NCBI GenBank assembly: GCA_031292355.1
Contig: JARLHI010000040.1
Location: forward strand, 36,090-100,089
Reading direction: 5' to 3'
Source of the DNA: Candidatus Obscuribacterales bacterium
Lineage (GTDB): Bacteria > Cyanobacteriota > Vampirovibrionia > Obscuribacterales > Obscuribacteraceae
Length of the DNA stretch: 64,000 nucleotides
Shown: in pieces, positions 53,518 to 62,607 of the stretch
Layout: each line of letters opens with the position of its first letter
How positions within the stretch are numbered: the first letter of the stretch is position 1
The notes under the pieces: generated by a model
Database searches by the model: none
Told to the model about the DNA's origin: nothing
Seen by the model: the letters and a program-made list of their open reading frames with translations, nothing else
Position numbers and translations under genes: made by a program

Positions 53518-54933
53518 ATGATACCGATCATTCTTTCTGATGATGCGAATATTGCTCTCTACAAACGCATTGCGTCAGCTGTGGAGGAAGGAATTAGCCA
53601 GGCGAAACTCAGCTCTGGAACCAAAATGCCTTCCAGCAGAGAGCTTGCGGAATCTTTAAGTGTATCTCGCGGCAGCGTTGTCAGAGCCTACGAGGAGTTG
53701 ATTCACAGCGGTCACCTTTTTGCGCGGGCTGGAGGCCAAACTTTCGTTGCCGAAAAGTCCAGTCATAAGCAGACTCTGTCGAACGGTGATAGTGCGGAAG
53801 ACGACTCTGAGCAGAATCCAGAAAATGTGAGCGAGTTCGCTAAACGCTTGTCGAAATTCAGTTGGTCCTTAGGTTCTGCAGCAGACATGCCATTGTTGAA
53901 TTATGGTGCACCACCTGAATGGGCCTTACCTGTTTCTAAATGGAAATATGCTCTAAATAAAACGTGCGCTGATCTTAGTCCAGCTTCCATCGAATATGCT
54001 CCGCCACCTTTTGGTGATTTTTGGGTGCGAGAAGTGCTCTGTGAATTTCTTCGTCGGCGCAAGGGCGTTCTAGCCAATGTAGCGCAAACAATTGTCTTTG
54101 CGGATTCGGAGAGCAGTCTGGTCTATATAGCGCGTTTGCTCATAAACGTGGGTGATGTCGTTCTAGTGGAAAACCCGTGTCACGCTGGCGCTCGGGATAC
54201 ATTCCGCACACATGGTGCTCACGTGATAACGGTACCGATTGATGAAGATGGAATCAGAACAGACATCGTTGAAGAATATCTAAATAATGGTTCAGTGAAA
54301 TTGATTTATGTGTCTCCGTCCTTTCAAGACCCAGTCGGTGTCAATATGTCTTTAGCGCGCCGACAGCAGTTGTTGAAACTGGCAAATGCTCATAACGTCT
54401 GCATCGTGGAAGATGCATGGGATAGCGACTATTCTTACATCAGCCCTAATTTTCCACCGCTTTTCACGCTTAGCCAAAATTCAAATGTTTTTTTCATTTA
54501 CAGCTTTTGGAAGCTGCTGTATCCGCTTTCTATGGTTGGTTGTTTGTTAATACCGCCTCGGTACGCGGCAACGTTTGCAGCAGCAAAAGTGCAATCGAAT
54601 AGCATCAACCCTGTGATTGAGCATCGCACTCTTGCTGATTTCATCGAAAGCGGCAACCTAGAAAAACACATAAAGCTGACACGAAAGCAATTAACCATCA
54701 AGCGACAGACCATGATTGCTTTGCTTGTTGCTCTTTTCGGCAAAGATGTGCAAATAAGAAAACGTAGCTCAGCCTTCTGGCTCGTAGTGGAATTTAGTGA
54801 AGAGTTGACGCAAGGAGATATTGAAAGGATGGCGGCGGACAACAATATTGTCTTGTTCTCGACAGACTGCTACTACTTAGATCCGCGTAAAATTCCCGCT
54901 CGCGAATACATGGTTCCTTTCGCTGATTACTAA
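53518..54933 (+). CDS. MocR/GabR-type regulator (GntR HTH fused to class I aminotransferase-like domain)
   Basis: N-terminal winged HTH (…KMPSSRELAESLSVSRGSVVRAYEEL…), then a ~350-aa PLP-fold domain. Start ATG at 53518 or 53488. Confidence 0.7.
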   Translation: MIPIILSDDANIALYKRIASAVEEGISQAKLSSGTKMPSSRELAESLSVSRGSVVRAYEELIHSGHLFARAGGQTFVAEKSSHKQTLSNGDSAEDDSEQNPENVSEFAKRLSKFSWSLGSAADMPLLNYGAPPEWALPVSKWKYALNKTCADLSPASIEYAPPPFGDFWVREVLCEFLRRRKGVLANVAQTIVFADSESSLVYIARLLINVGDVVLVENPCHAGARDTFRTHGAHVITVPIDEDGIRTDIVEEYLNNGSVKLIYVSPSFQDPVGVNMSLARRQQLLKLANAHNVCIVEDAWDSDYSYISPNFPPLFTLSQNSNVFFIYSFWKLLYPLSMVGCLLIPPRYAATFAAAKVQSNSINPVIEHRTLADFIESGNLEKHIKLTRKQLTIKRQTMIALLVALFGKDVQIRKRSSAFWLVVEFSEELTQGDIERMAADNNIVLFSTDCYYLDPRKIPAREYMVPFADY

Positions 54934-55609
54934 GCGCGTTCTAGCAGGTGCGATTCAAGTTTGCTCGGCGTCGTGCTCAAATATAAACAAAAGGTGATTC
55001 TTGAGCGTGAACTCCGCTAGCGCCTATCTTGGTAAATTGAGTCTCATTACCATTTGATACGCAAACTCGCAGGTATTAAGACGCAGCAAGACCAATTGCA
55101 TCTATATACGTTGGATTGCTTTAGACATCCTGAGACTGGTGGTTTTAAGTTCGCGATCGGTTGGAACTCCATTACTCATCAAGGTTTCGGAATTTCTCCA
55201 CGCAATGCTCGCATTGCTTTGTTAATGCCTTGCAACAAGCGCTTGGAATCATTTGTTTTATGGTTCACCTCCTTGTTACGGTCAGATGTCTTTCCATCCC
55301 CAAACCTTCTCTGAGTTTCCCCGCACAATAAACAGCTGCTTGTTCTACTGAAAATTCGCTCGATCCTCAAAGGGATGGTCGGTCTCGTGTGCGGTTTGTC
55401 TATCAGTGTCAATCAGCAGCTCCAGCCTTCAACCCCTAGCTAGCTGTTGTCACCGTAAGTGTCTGTAGCGCGTTCGTGCGGCTAGCGCTGATCTGTTTGT
55501 GTGTATCCAGTCTGGATTACTACGCACGAGCAGATGTTTGCTGACCGTTTTCCTTCTCATCTACTGCAAATCATCAACCGTGTTTGCAGCTTTCACCCGG
55601 AGGTTCAAT

Positions 55610-58585
55610 ATGGCTTCTTCGTTTGCCAGGCGTCTTCTTTTGCCGCTGATGGCCGTGTTCGCGATGCTCACCCTCTCACCCATGGCCGCTTATGCCGCCG
55701 CCAGTGTGTGGGTGCCCGACTTCAATTCCGGTCAGACCGTCTACGTCGACCCTGCTCTGAGCAATGATTCGCAGTATCCAGTGCGCCTGGATGGTCTCGA
55801 ATCGAAGCTTCAGGATGCGGGGCAAAAGGAAGGAGTGCACTACTTCTTCATTTACGAGAAGTCTGTGCCCGAGGCCCAGATTCCTCCGCAATACGGCAAG
55901 CAGTACGCCGAATGGCAGCTCGATGACGTCGCCAATCGCTGGGCCGGTAAGGCAGGATTCTCTTCGAAGGATTCGGTCGTGATTCTGCTGGTGCGTTCGG
56001 CGAAGAACCCCAACGCTTTCAGCTATGCTGCCGACTCGGGCAGTCAGTGGCAGCAGGCGGGGCTGACCAAGTCCTACTACACCAATGTCCTTGCGGGCAT
56101 CAAGAAGTCCTATCTGCCCGGCGACCCCTCGGGTTTCGCTCTGGCGGTCGCTCAGGACAGCTCGTCCCACATCGGCGCCGTGAACGCGCAGGTTGCTTCT
56201 GCGGCCGCTCACAAGGCCTTCGTCTCGCATCTGCCGCTCTACATCGGCATCTTCCTGGCACTTGCTCTCCTCGCCGGCTACAGCATCTTCATGCTGGTGC
56301 GGTTCGGCAAGGCCAAGAAGCTTCTCGCCGACCTGCTCGCCGACCTCCAGCCCAAGTTCGATTCCTTCAATCAAGTCAGCATGAAGATCCAGAATTCCTA
56401 TATGGGTTTTCTTTCTGACCAGCGCGGTTGGCAGGGCAAGCTCACGGGCGTGACGCAGAAGAAGTTTTCGGCTGCGGTCGCTTCCTATTCTGATCTGACG
56501 ATTCAACGTCAGGTGGCCCTCGACCTGCTCGCAGCCGGTCAGAAGGCTCTGGAATCTGCGTCCATGTTCAAGGTCGGCGCTCTCACGACCGCTTACGATA
56601 ACCTGACCTCGACTCCTGTCGTCATCACCGGCGACGAGATCGAGTTCAAGAAGATCACCGATGCTTTCGGCGGTCTGGTCTCCAAGAAGACGTTCACGCC
56701 CGAGCAGCTGTTCGCCAATTTGAACAGCCTGTTCACCACCAGCAACTCGCTCCTTTCGGAAATCTACGATGCTTTCGAGTCGGCCAACGCCAACAAGACT
56801 GCCATCGCCGATGCCCTCAAGGCGGCGTCTGAACTGCAGCCGGAAATCGAGGCGGTCGGCCTTTCGTTCGCCCCGTATTTGACGGCTTACAACGATCTCG
56901 TCGCTCGTGCAGGTACCACCGTCGCCGGCATCAGCTCCGACCCTGTCAGCGCCGTTTCTGGTTCCACCAGTCTGCGTTCTGACGCCGAGAAGTTGAAGGC
57001 CTCCATCCAACAGGCCGTCTCTTTGAAGAAGGACGTGTTGACGGTTTCGACCGCCATCGCGGATGCGCGCACTGAAATCGCTGCCAAACGTGCTGTGGCT
57101 GTCGATTTCACATTCGTTTCGTCGGCTGATCCTGCCACCTTCGCGTTCGCCGAAGAGGGGTACAACCCCGATACGGTGCTCGCACAGGCTGATGGTTCGC
57201 TGAAGTCGTTCAGCGATGCGCTTGGGGCTGGTCGGGTCGAGGAAGCGCAGTCCGCCAAGGCGGCGGCTCTTGCTTCGGTGACTGCGGCTCTGGCGCTCGT
57301 CGCGTCATCGCTTGCGGCAAAGAAGGCAGTAGAAGAGAAAGTGCCGGTTCTTTCGGCGACATTCTCCGACTATGCTGCTTTGTCCAAGGTGGGTGTCCTG
57401 TATAAGGCGCAGTCATTCGTTGGTGCGGCGGCTATCCTCTCTGCTCTCGAGTCGCTCACCGAACTCGAGAACAATGGGGCGATGCTGTCTGCTTCGGCTG
57501 CGAAGAACCCCAAGCTCTCGGATGTCACCTTGAGCAAGGTGACGACTCTGAGCGCGCGCATCGCAGATGTGGTTTCGGCGTACAAAGGACCGTCTTTCGA
57601 TGGTGCTCGGGCGCAGGCGCTGCATGACACGGTCGCTCAGGAGTTCGAGGGTGCACAAGACGCCATCGCAGCCGATGAAAAGGTGTTCAAGTCGGCCAGC
57701 GACGCCGTTGCTTCGTTCCGTGCGGCTTATAGCCAGGCGGTCAACGTCGTCAACGACTCACGTGTCGGCCAGCATCGTCGCGACTCGTTGAGCACTCTCA
57801 ACGGCACGCTCACTTCTTTGACCGCTGCGGTGCAGTTCACCGTCGGCGCTTCGAAGGATTGGTCGACGGTTGAAGCCGATGCCGTCGCCAGCAAGTCCCA
57901 GGTCGATTCGCTCAAGGCGGCTGCCCAGGGCGATATTGATGCGGCCGTCGCCGATGCTAAGGCGCTGGCCGAATTGCAGGACGCCGAGCGCGAGCTCGCG
58001 GGTTACGGCAGCCGTCGTTACGTGCGTACGATCAACAATTACAGCTTCGGCGGTAATGTGTTCTTCGATGCTTCGCGTCCGACGTCGCAACTGTCACTCG
58101 CCCAACAGTACTACCATGCGCGCAACTATTCGGCGATGCGTCAGGCTATCGCCGAGATGCAGGAGGAAGCCTATCAGGCTGACACCTATGCATGGTGGTT
58201 GACCATGGAGTTGATGTCCGAGAGCAACAATGTCATGGCCCAGCGCTATGCGTATGAGCTCGGCTACCGTCAAGGTGGCTACGATTCTTGGTATGGCAAT
58301 CATATCGGATCGGGCATCGACTACAACCAGCCCTGGGAGCCGACTCCGGACACCAACTGGGAGCCCTCGCATGAGAGCGCTCATCTGGACCCGGATTATG
58401 TCGAACCGGCTCAGGGGCACAGCCGTGACGACGACGATGACACCACGGGCAATGCCGGTGGAGGCACCGATCGTGGCTTTGGCGGCGGTGGCAACGACGA
58501 CGACAACAACAACGTCTCGGACGACCGTGACGACACACCTGCTGACACCGGCAATTCTGGCGGTGGCACTGACGACTCGTTCTAA
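55610..58585 (+). CDS. TPM-domain (TLP18.3/Psb32/MOLO-1 family) membrane protein with ~700-aa Ala-rich helical insertion and Gly/Asp-rich C-terminal tail
   Basis: Signal peptide (…MAAYAAASVW). The N-terminal ~170 aa align block-wise with the TPM domain of YgcG-like proteins. TM helix (LPLYIGIFLALALLAGYSIFMLV). C-terminal GNAGGGTDRGFGGGGNDDD…GNSGGGTDDSF mirrors the Gly-rich tails of TPM proteins. ATG after GGAGG (the ORF track GTG at 55499 is unlikely). Confidence 0.6.
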   Translation: MASSFARRLLLPLMAVFAMLTLSPMAAYAAASVWVPDFNSGQTVYVDPALSNDSQYPVRLDGLESKLQDAGQKEGVHYFFIYEKSVPEAQIPPQYGKQYAEWQLDDVANRWAGKAGFSSKDSVVILLVRSAKNPNAFSYAADSGSQWQQAGLTKSYYTNVLAGIKKSYLPGDPSGFALAVAQDSSSHIGAVNAQVASAAAHKAFVSHLPLYIGIFLALALLAGYSIFMLVRFGKAKKLLADLLADLQPKFDSFNQVSMKIQNSYMGFLSDQRGWQGKLTGVTQKKFSAAVASYSDLTIQRQVALDLLAAGQKALESASMFKVGALTTAYDNLTSTPVVITGDEIEFKKITDAFGGLVSKKTFTPEQLFANLNSLFTTSNSLLSEIYDAFESANANKTAIADALKAASELQPEIEAVGLSFAPYLTAYNDLVARAGTTVAGISSDPVSAVSGSTSLRSDAEKLKASIQQAVSLKKDVLTVSTAIADARTEIAAKRAVAVDFTFVSSADPATFAFAEEGYNPDTVLAQADGSLKSFSDALGAGRVEEAQSAKAAALASVTAALALVASSLAAKKAVEEKVPVLSATFSDYAALSKVGVLYKAQSFVGAAAILSALESLTELENNGAMLSASAAKNPKLSDVTLSKVTTLSARIADVVSAYKGPSFDGARAQALHDTVAQEFEGAQDAIAADEKVFKSASDAVASFRAAYSQAVNVVNDSRVGQHRRDSLSTLNGTLTSLTAAVQFTVGASKDWSTVEADAVASKSQVDSLKAAAQGDIDAAVADAKALAELQDAERELAGYGSRRYVRTINNYSFGGNVFFDASRPTSQLSLAQQYYHARNYSAMRQAIAEMQEEAYQADTYAWWLTMELMSESNNVMAQRYAYELGYRQGGYDSWYGNHIGSGIDYNQPWEPTPDTNWEPSHESAHLDPDYVEPAQGHSRDDDDDTTGNAGGGTDRGFGGGGNDDDNNNVSDDRDDTPADTGNSGGGTDDSF

Positions 58586-58734
58586 CAAATTCTGCAATCC
58601 GTCCTAAGCGGTGCAGTCAAGTTCCGTAGCAACTTGAATTTCGCGTATTGGAAAGTGCCAGGCCCGGCTGGCGCTTTCTTCACAGGTGTGTCACATGAGT
58701 GGTGCATCCTCAACTTTAGAACCAGGAGATCAAT

Positions 58735-59469
58735 ATGTCTGTTGTTATCGAAGTAGTTGGTGTCGTCGCCGTTGTCGGTGGTCTGGCCTACTGGCAGATC
58801 CCGGCTGTCCGTCAGCTTTTCCGCATCAACCGCGATAAAGTCATCGCGGCGAGCTCGACTCCTCTGGAGCGCATCACCGACAACGTCAATCAAGCCATCG
58901 CCAAGCTGCCGGCTCAGCGCGCGCTGGTCGCCCAGCAGATGACGGCGGCGCAGCGGGCTCAGACCAACGCCCAGAACAAGCGTGACGAGGTCGAGGATCT
59001 GTTCAAGCAGGTGAATGTGGCGATCGGCGCGAATGCCACCGCGGCGACCATCACCACGCTGAAGCAGCGCTGGCTGACGGCCAAGGGTGCAGTCGTCGAC
59101 CTGGACAAGGTGTCCGAGGAGGCGCACAAGAGTGCCGACGACGCGCAGGCCGAACTCGAGGATCTGCTCACGTTGATCCAGCAGAGCAAGGCCGGCGCCG
59201 AGAAGCTGAAGAGCGATGCCAACTTGACCGCGATTCTGCAGCAGTCGACCCAGTTCCGCACGCAGGTCAACGACCTGAAGTCGGGGCTCGGGGCGAATGC
59301 CGCCGATGTGCAGGAAGTGCAGGACGCGCTGTCGAATGCTCGCAACGCCAACGAACTCTCCAAGGGTTCGGCTGCCGATCGCGAGATGGCCGATATCGCC
59401 AAGAAGACCCAGGCAAGCGCCGCCGATGACGCCTTCGCCGCGGAGCTCGCCGCGCGCGCCGGCAAGTAA
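58735..59469 (+). CDS. PspA/IM30 (Vipp1/ESCRT-III-like) family protein, paralog 1, with N-terminal hydrophobic extension
   Basis: Helical heptad sequence aligns with PspA (LERITDNVNQAIAKLPAQRALVAQQMTAAQRAQ…). Extra N-terminal MSVVIEVVGVVAVVGGLAYW. ATG after CAGGAG. Confidence 0.6.
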   Translation: MSVVIEVVGVVAVVGGLAYWQIPAVRQLFRINRDKVIAASSTPLERITDNVNQAIAKLPAQRALVAQQMTAAQRAQTNAQNKRDEVEDLFKQVNVAIGANATAATITTLKQRWLTAKGAVVDLDKVSEEAHKSADDAQAELEDLLTLIQQSKAGAEKLKSDANLTAILQQSTQFRTQVNDLKSGLGANAADVQEVQDALSNARNANELSKGSAADREMADIAKKTQASAADDAFAAELAARAGK

Positions 59470-59492
59470 GCACCATAAGCGGTGCTTGGACA

Positions 59493-59531
59493 AGCAGTGA
59501 TCCTGCTTTAATGAGGTAAGCAAAACTTACC
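59493..59531 (+). repeat. conserved double-hairpin 3' element, copy 1
   Basis: AGCAG-TGATC-CTGCT and GGTAAG-CAAAA-CTTACC hairpins 7 nt apart. A nearly identical copy lies after paralog 2. Confidence 0.6.
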
Positions 59532-59540
59532 TATAGACTC

Positions 59541-59589
59541 ACCAGCTCGACAGAGCCACAAGCTTCGTCGGGCTGGTGTTGTTTTTCTG
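59541..59589 (+). terminator. rho-independent terminator after pspA paralog 1
   Basis: About 10-bp stem CCAGCTCGAC/GTCGGGCTGG (one mismatch), followed by TGTTGTTTTTCTG. Confidence 0.55.
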
Positions 59590-59680
59590 CGTTCCAACAG
59601 ACTGTTCCAACCCTCTTTCTCATCGCGGCAACTTCAGCTCAACCGAGTTGAAGAAATCGAACCATCATCAGGAGTTACAC

Positions 59681-60361
59681 ATGAGCCTCGCTTCTTCTTT
59701 CCTTCAGGCTTTCCGCATCAACGGCGAAAAGGTCGTCTCGCATGGCTCGACCCCGCTCGAGCGCATCGAAGACAACGTCAAGCAGGCCGAAGCTCACCTG
59801 CCGCAGCAGCGTGCGCTGGTCGCCCAGGAGATGACGGCCGCGCAACGTGCGTCCACGAATGCGGATAACAAGCGTGCCGAAGTCGAATCGCTGTTCAAGG
59901 AAGTGCAGACTGCGATGTCCGCCTCGGCATCAGCCGCCACCGTCACCACGCTGAAGCAGCGCTGGCTGACGGCCAAGGGCGAGGTCGAAGCGCTCGACAA
60001 GATCGCTCTCGATGCCCATACGGCCGCCGACGAAGCGCAGCATGACCTCGAAGGGCTGCTCTCGTTGATCCAGCAGAGCGAACAGGGCGCCCAGAAGCTC
60101 AAGGACGACGCCAATCTGGCCGAGACCCTGAAGCACTCGACCGAGCTGCGTCAGCAGGTCAACGACCTGAAGGCCGGCCTCGGTGCGAACGCCGCCGATG
60201 TCGCCGCCGTCGAAGACGGTCTGGCCAACGCGCGCAACGCTGCCGAACTCTCCAAGGGTTCGGCTGCCGACCGCGAGATGGCTGCCATTCACGAGAAGAC
60301 CCAGGCGAGCGCCGCCGACGATGCCTTCGCCGCGGAACTCGCCGCGCGCGCCGGCAAGTAA
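59681..60361 (+). CDS. PspA/IM30 family protein, paralog 2
   Basis: About 65% identical to paralog 1 over the helical core. Identical C-terminal KGSAADREMA…AADDAFAAELAARAGK. ATG after CAGGAG (ORF track start 59576 trimmed). Confidence 0.6.
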   Translation: MSLASSFLQAFRINGEKVVSHGSTPLERIEDNVKQAEAHLPQQRALVAQEMTAAQRASTNADNKRAEVESLFKEVQTAMSASASAATVTTLKQRWLTAKGEVEALDKIALDAHTAADEAQHDLEGLLSLIQQSEQGAQKLKDDANLAETLKHSTELRQQVNDLKAGLGANAADVAAVEDGLANARNAAELSKGSAADREMAAIHEKTQASAADDAFAAELAARAGK

Positions 60362-60387
60362 GCATCGCTTTCGTTGCGAGCTAAGTA

Positions 60388-60426
60388 AGCAGTGATCCTG
60401 CTGTAACGCGGTAAGCAAAACTTACC
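60388..60426 (+). repeat. conserved double-hairpin 3' element, copy 2
   Basis: Same AGCAGTGATCCTGCT…GGTAAGCAAAACTTACC arrangement as copy 1. Confidence 0.6.
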
Positions 60427-60560
60427 CGAAGTGGGCACCGGTCTGGTTGAGTCAAAAGCTTGATTTGACCGGTGTTCCTTTCAACTGAAGTTTTTTTGGG
60501 GTGTGTTGAATATTATCGTGTGCATGTTGCATGCGATATCTCAAACTGTGAGGTACTTAT

Positions 60561-61658
60561 ATGCTAGTTCAAATGGCTATCGGCGACGCTTACGGCGCCG
60601 GTTTCGAATACGCCAGTGCCGAATTCGTCCTGGCAAATCACAGGCTTACGATGTATGTGCAGCATCCCAAGCATAAGCTGGTGCCAGGCGTTTACACGGA
60701 CGACACTCAAATGTCGATCGCCAACGCTGAGGTCATTCTCGCCGGGATACTTTCTCGGGAAGCCTTCGCTCAAGCTTATGTCGATTGCTTCAAGCGCGAT
60801 CAACGCGAGGGCTATGCAAGTGGCTTCTACAACTTTCTGTGTAGCGTCAAGGACGGTGAGGAATTCTTGTCACTGATGAAGCCTATCAGCGACAAGAGCG
60901 GTAGTGCCATGAGGGCTTTGCCGTTTGGAATTTATCCCGACATAGAAGTTGTGATTGCTCTTGCTACTTTGCAGTCGACGATCACCCACAATAGTTTCCA
61001 CGGCATCAACGCGGCAGTGGCTGCTGCTTTGATGTCACACTATTTTCTCTATCAGCTTGGTCCCAAAAGCGAACTCGGTGCTTTCATCGAAAAGCACGTG
61101 CCGGGTACGTGGGCGGAACCATATACGATACCTGTCGCCCAAAAGGGCTGGATGTCCGTTCGTTCGGCCATCACGGCTATCATGGGCAACGATTCAATGA
61201 CTGAGATTTTGCGCGCCTCTGTTGCCGTTACGGGTGATGTGGATACGGTTGCCGCACTCGCTCTGGGGGCAGCGGCGGCTTGCAGCGAGGTCAAACAAGA
61301 CTTGCCCGAGTTCCTTGAAAGGGATCTGGAGAATGGCGCTTACGGGCGAGATTTTCTCGCTGACTTAGACGCCAAGTTGATGGCCAAAATGGCAGATCTC
61401 AAAGCCGAAAAAGCTGCGTCACAGCAAGTCGCAGTCAGCGGTCCGCGAATCCTCGTGGTGCAGTCGCCAGAACAGTGGACGGGAGCGATAAACAGTCAGT
61501 CGTTTCTGGAAATTCCGACTGCGCTGGATGTGCAGAAAGAAGAAAATGCCTGGTTTGCAGCTGGAGGTGATTCCAGTGGCAAATCTTTCGTCGAGCATTT
61601 GCTCGCTCTGGGCGCGACGCGGCTGACCGTCGAAGTCTGGAATATCAACTACCAATGA
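60561..61658 (+). CDS. ADP-ribosylglycohydrolase (ARH/DraG family) with ~85-aa C-terminal extension
   Basis: N-terminal GDAYGAGFEY and YTDDTQMS metal-site motifs of ARH. C-terminal ~85 aa not assignable. Confidence 0.7.
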   Translation: MLVQMAIGDAYGAGFEYASAEFVLANHRLTMYVQHPKHKLVPGVYTDDTQMSIANAEVILAGILSREAFAQAYVDCFKRDQREGYASGFYNFLCSVKDGEEFLSLMKPISDKSGSAMRALPFGIYPDIEVVIALATLQSTITHNSFHGINAAVAAALMSHYFLYQLGPKSELGAFIEKHVPGTWAEPYTIPVAQKGWMSVRSAITAIMGNDSMTEILRASVAVTGDVDTVAALALGAAAACSEVKQDLPEFLERDLENGAYGRDFLADLDAKLMAKMADLKAEKAASQQVAVSGPRILVVQSPEQWTGAINSQSFLEIPTALDVQKEENAWFAAGGDSSGKSFVEHLLALGATRLTVEVWNINYQ

Positions 61659-61742
61659 TTGAAGTGCAGGCACTCTCATCTCGTGAGTGCCTGCTAGTCA
61701 AATCATGTGCCTGCGTTATTTAACTAGCCGGAGTAATTGAGA

Positions 61743-62405
61743 ATGAATGAACTGCAATCGAGTTTCCAAGGATGGCCGTCTGCTGTCTGGGCTCTCGCTG
61801 TGATCGTTATTGCGGTCTTAGTCTATCGCTATGCAATCAGCACCGCCGCGCAGCGTTTTCAAGCCAAGGAAGCGAACGCGGTTCGCGAACAGGCACGGGA
61901 TGCCTTGCGTCGCGAGGATAGACTGAAGCAAGAAGAAAGAAGTGCGGCAACGACGGCTACAAATCAACAGCAAAGGCGCGCAGATGAAGCGCAAGAGCGG
62001 GAGGCTCGCGCTGCTCTACTGGCGGCTCTTAGAGAGGAAGCCAAGGCAGACGTTGCTGGCAACGCACGTTGCGCCGAGGAAACGAAAAGAATACTCGCTG
62101 AAGCCGATGTTTACCTTGTGAAAATCTGCCGCTACTATGTGGTGCGCGACGAAGAGATCGATGAAAACGACGAAGACCAGGAAGACCCGCAAATCAACCT
62201 GGGCAACATGAAGGGCGACATCTCCGACAGTTATGAAAGCGCTTTGACATATTTTGCACAAGCGCAAGAGTTCGTAGCTCAAGGTGTGTACCTCGCGGCG
62301 AAGTGGAAAGCTGAAAACTGCTTGCTGGAAGCTAGATACGCTGCCGACAGAATCGCCAATCTTGACTCTCGTGCATGGAACGAAATTCAGGCTGCGGTGC
62401 GCTGA
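61743..62405 (+). CDS. membrane-anchored coiled-coil protein, hypothetical
   Basis: One N-terminal TM (VWALAVIVIAVLVY), then a charged R/E/A-rich helical region. ATG at 61743 (ORF track TTG start at 61737). Confidence 0.5.
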   Translation: MNELQSSFQGWPSAVWALAVIVIAVLVYRYAISTAAQRFQAKEANAVREQARDALRREDRLKQEERSAATTATNQQQRRADEAQEREARAALLAALREEAKADVAGNARCAEETKRILAEADVYLVKICRYYVVRDEEIDENDEDQEDPQINLGNMKGDISDSYESALTYFAQAQEFVAQGVYLAAKWKAENCLLEARYAADRIANLDSRAWNEIQAAVR

Positions 62406-62501
62406 TCTCTGAATCATAATTGAGGCAATCTGCGCGACGGGGATGGGCACGCCATTGCGTACTTGTCAACGTCGCGCAAATTGTGTTTTATTTTGAAAAG
62501 T

Positions 62502-62513
62502 CTTTGCCTAAAA
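62502..62513 (+). repeat. conserved intergenic 12-mer, site 4
   Basis: Exact 12-mer. Context AAAAGTCTTTGCCTAAAATAAT. Confidence 0.6.
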
Positions 62514-62607
62514 TAATAAAAAAGAATCGCTGAAGGAGAGGTAAAAGCGCAAGTCCTATCGCTCTCCCCTTCAGTCGATTTGATTTTGCTCAGAGTTTCT
62601 AAAGAAT

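Noticed and set aside
55676-57010. 444-aa minus-strand ORF
   Set aside because: Antisense to the Ala-rich TPM protein gene (GC-rich, codon-biased region gives long reverse ORFs).
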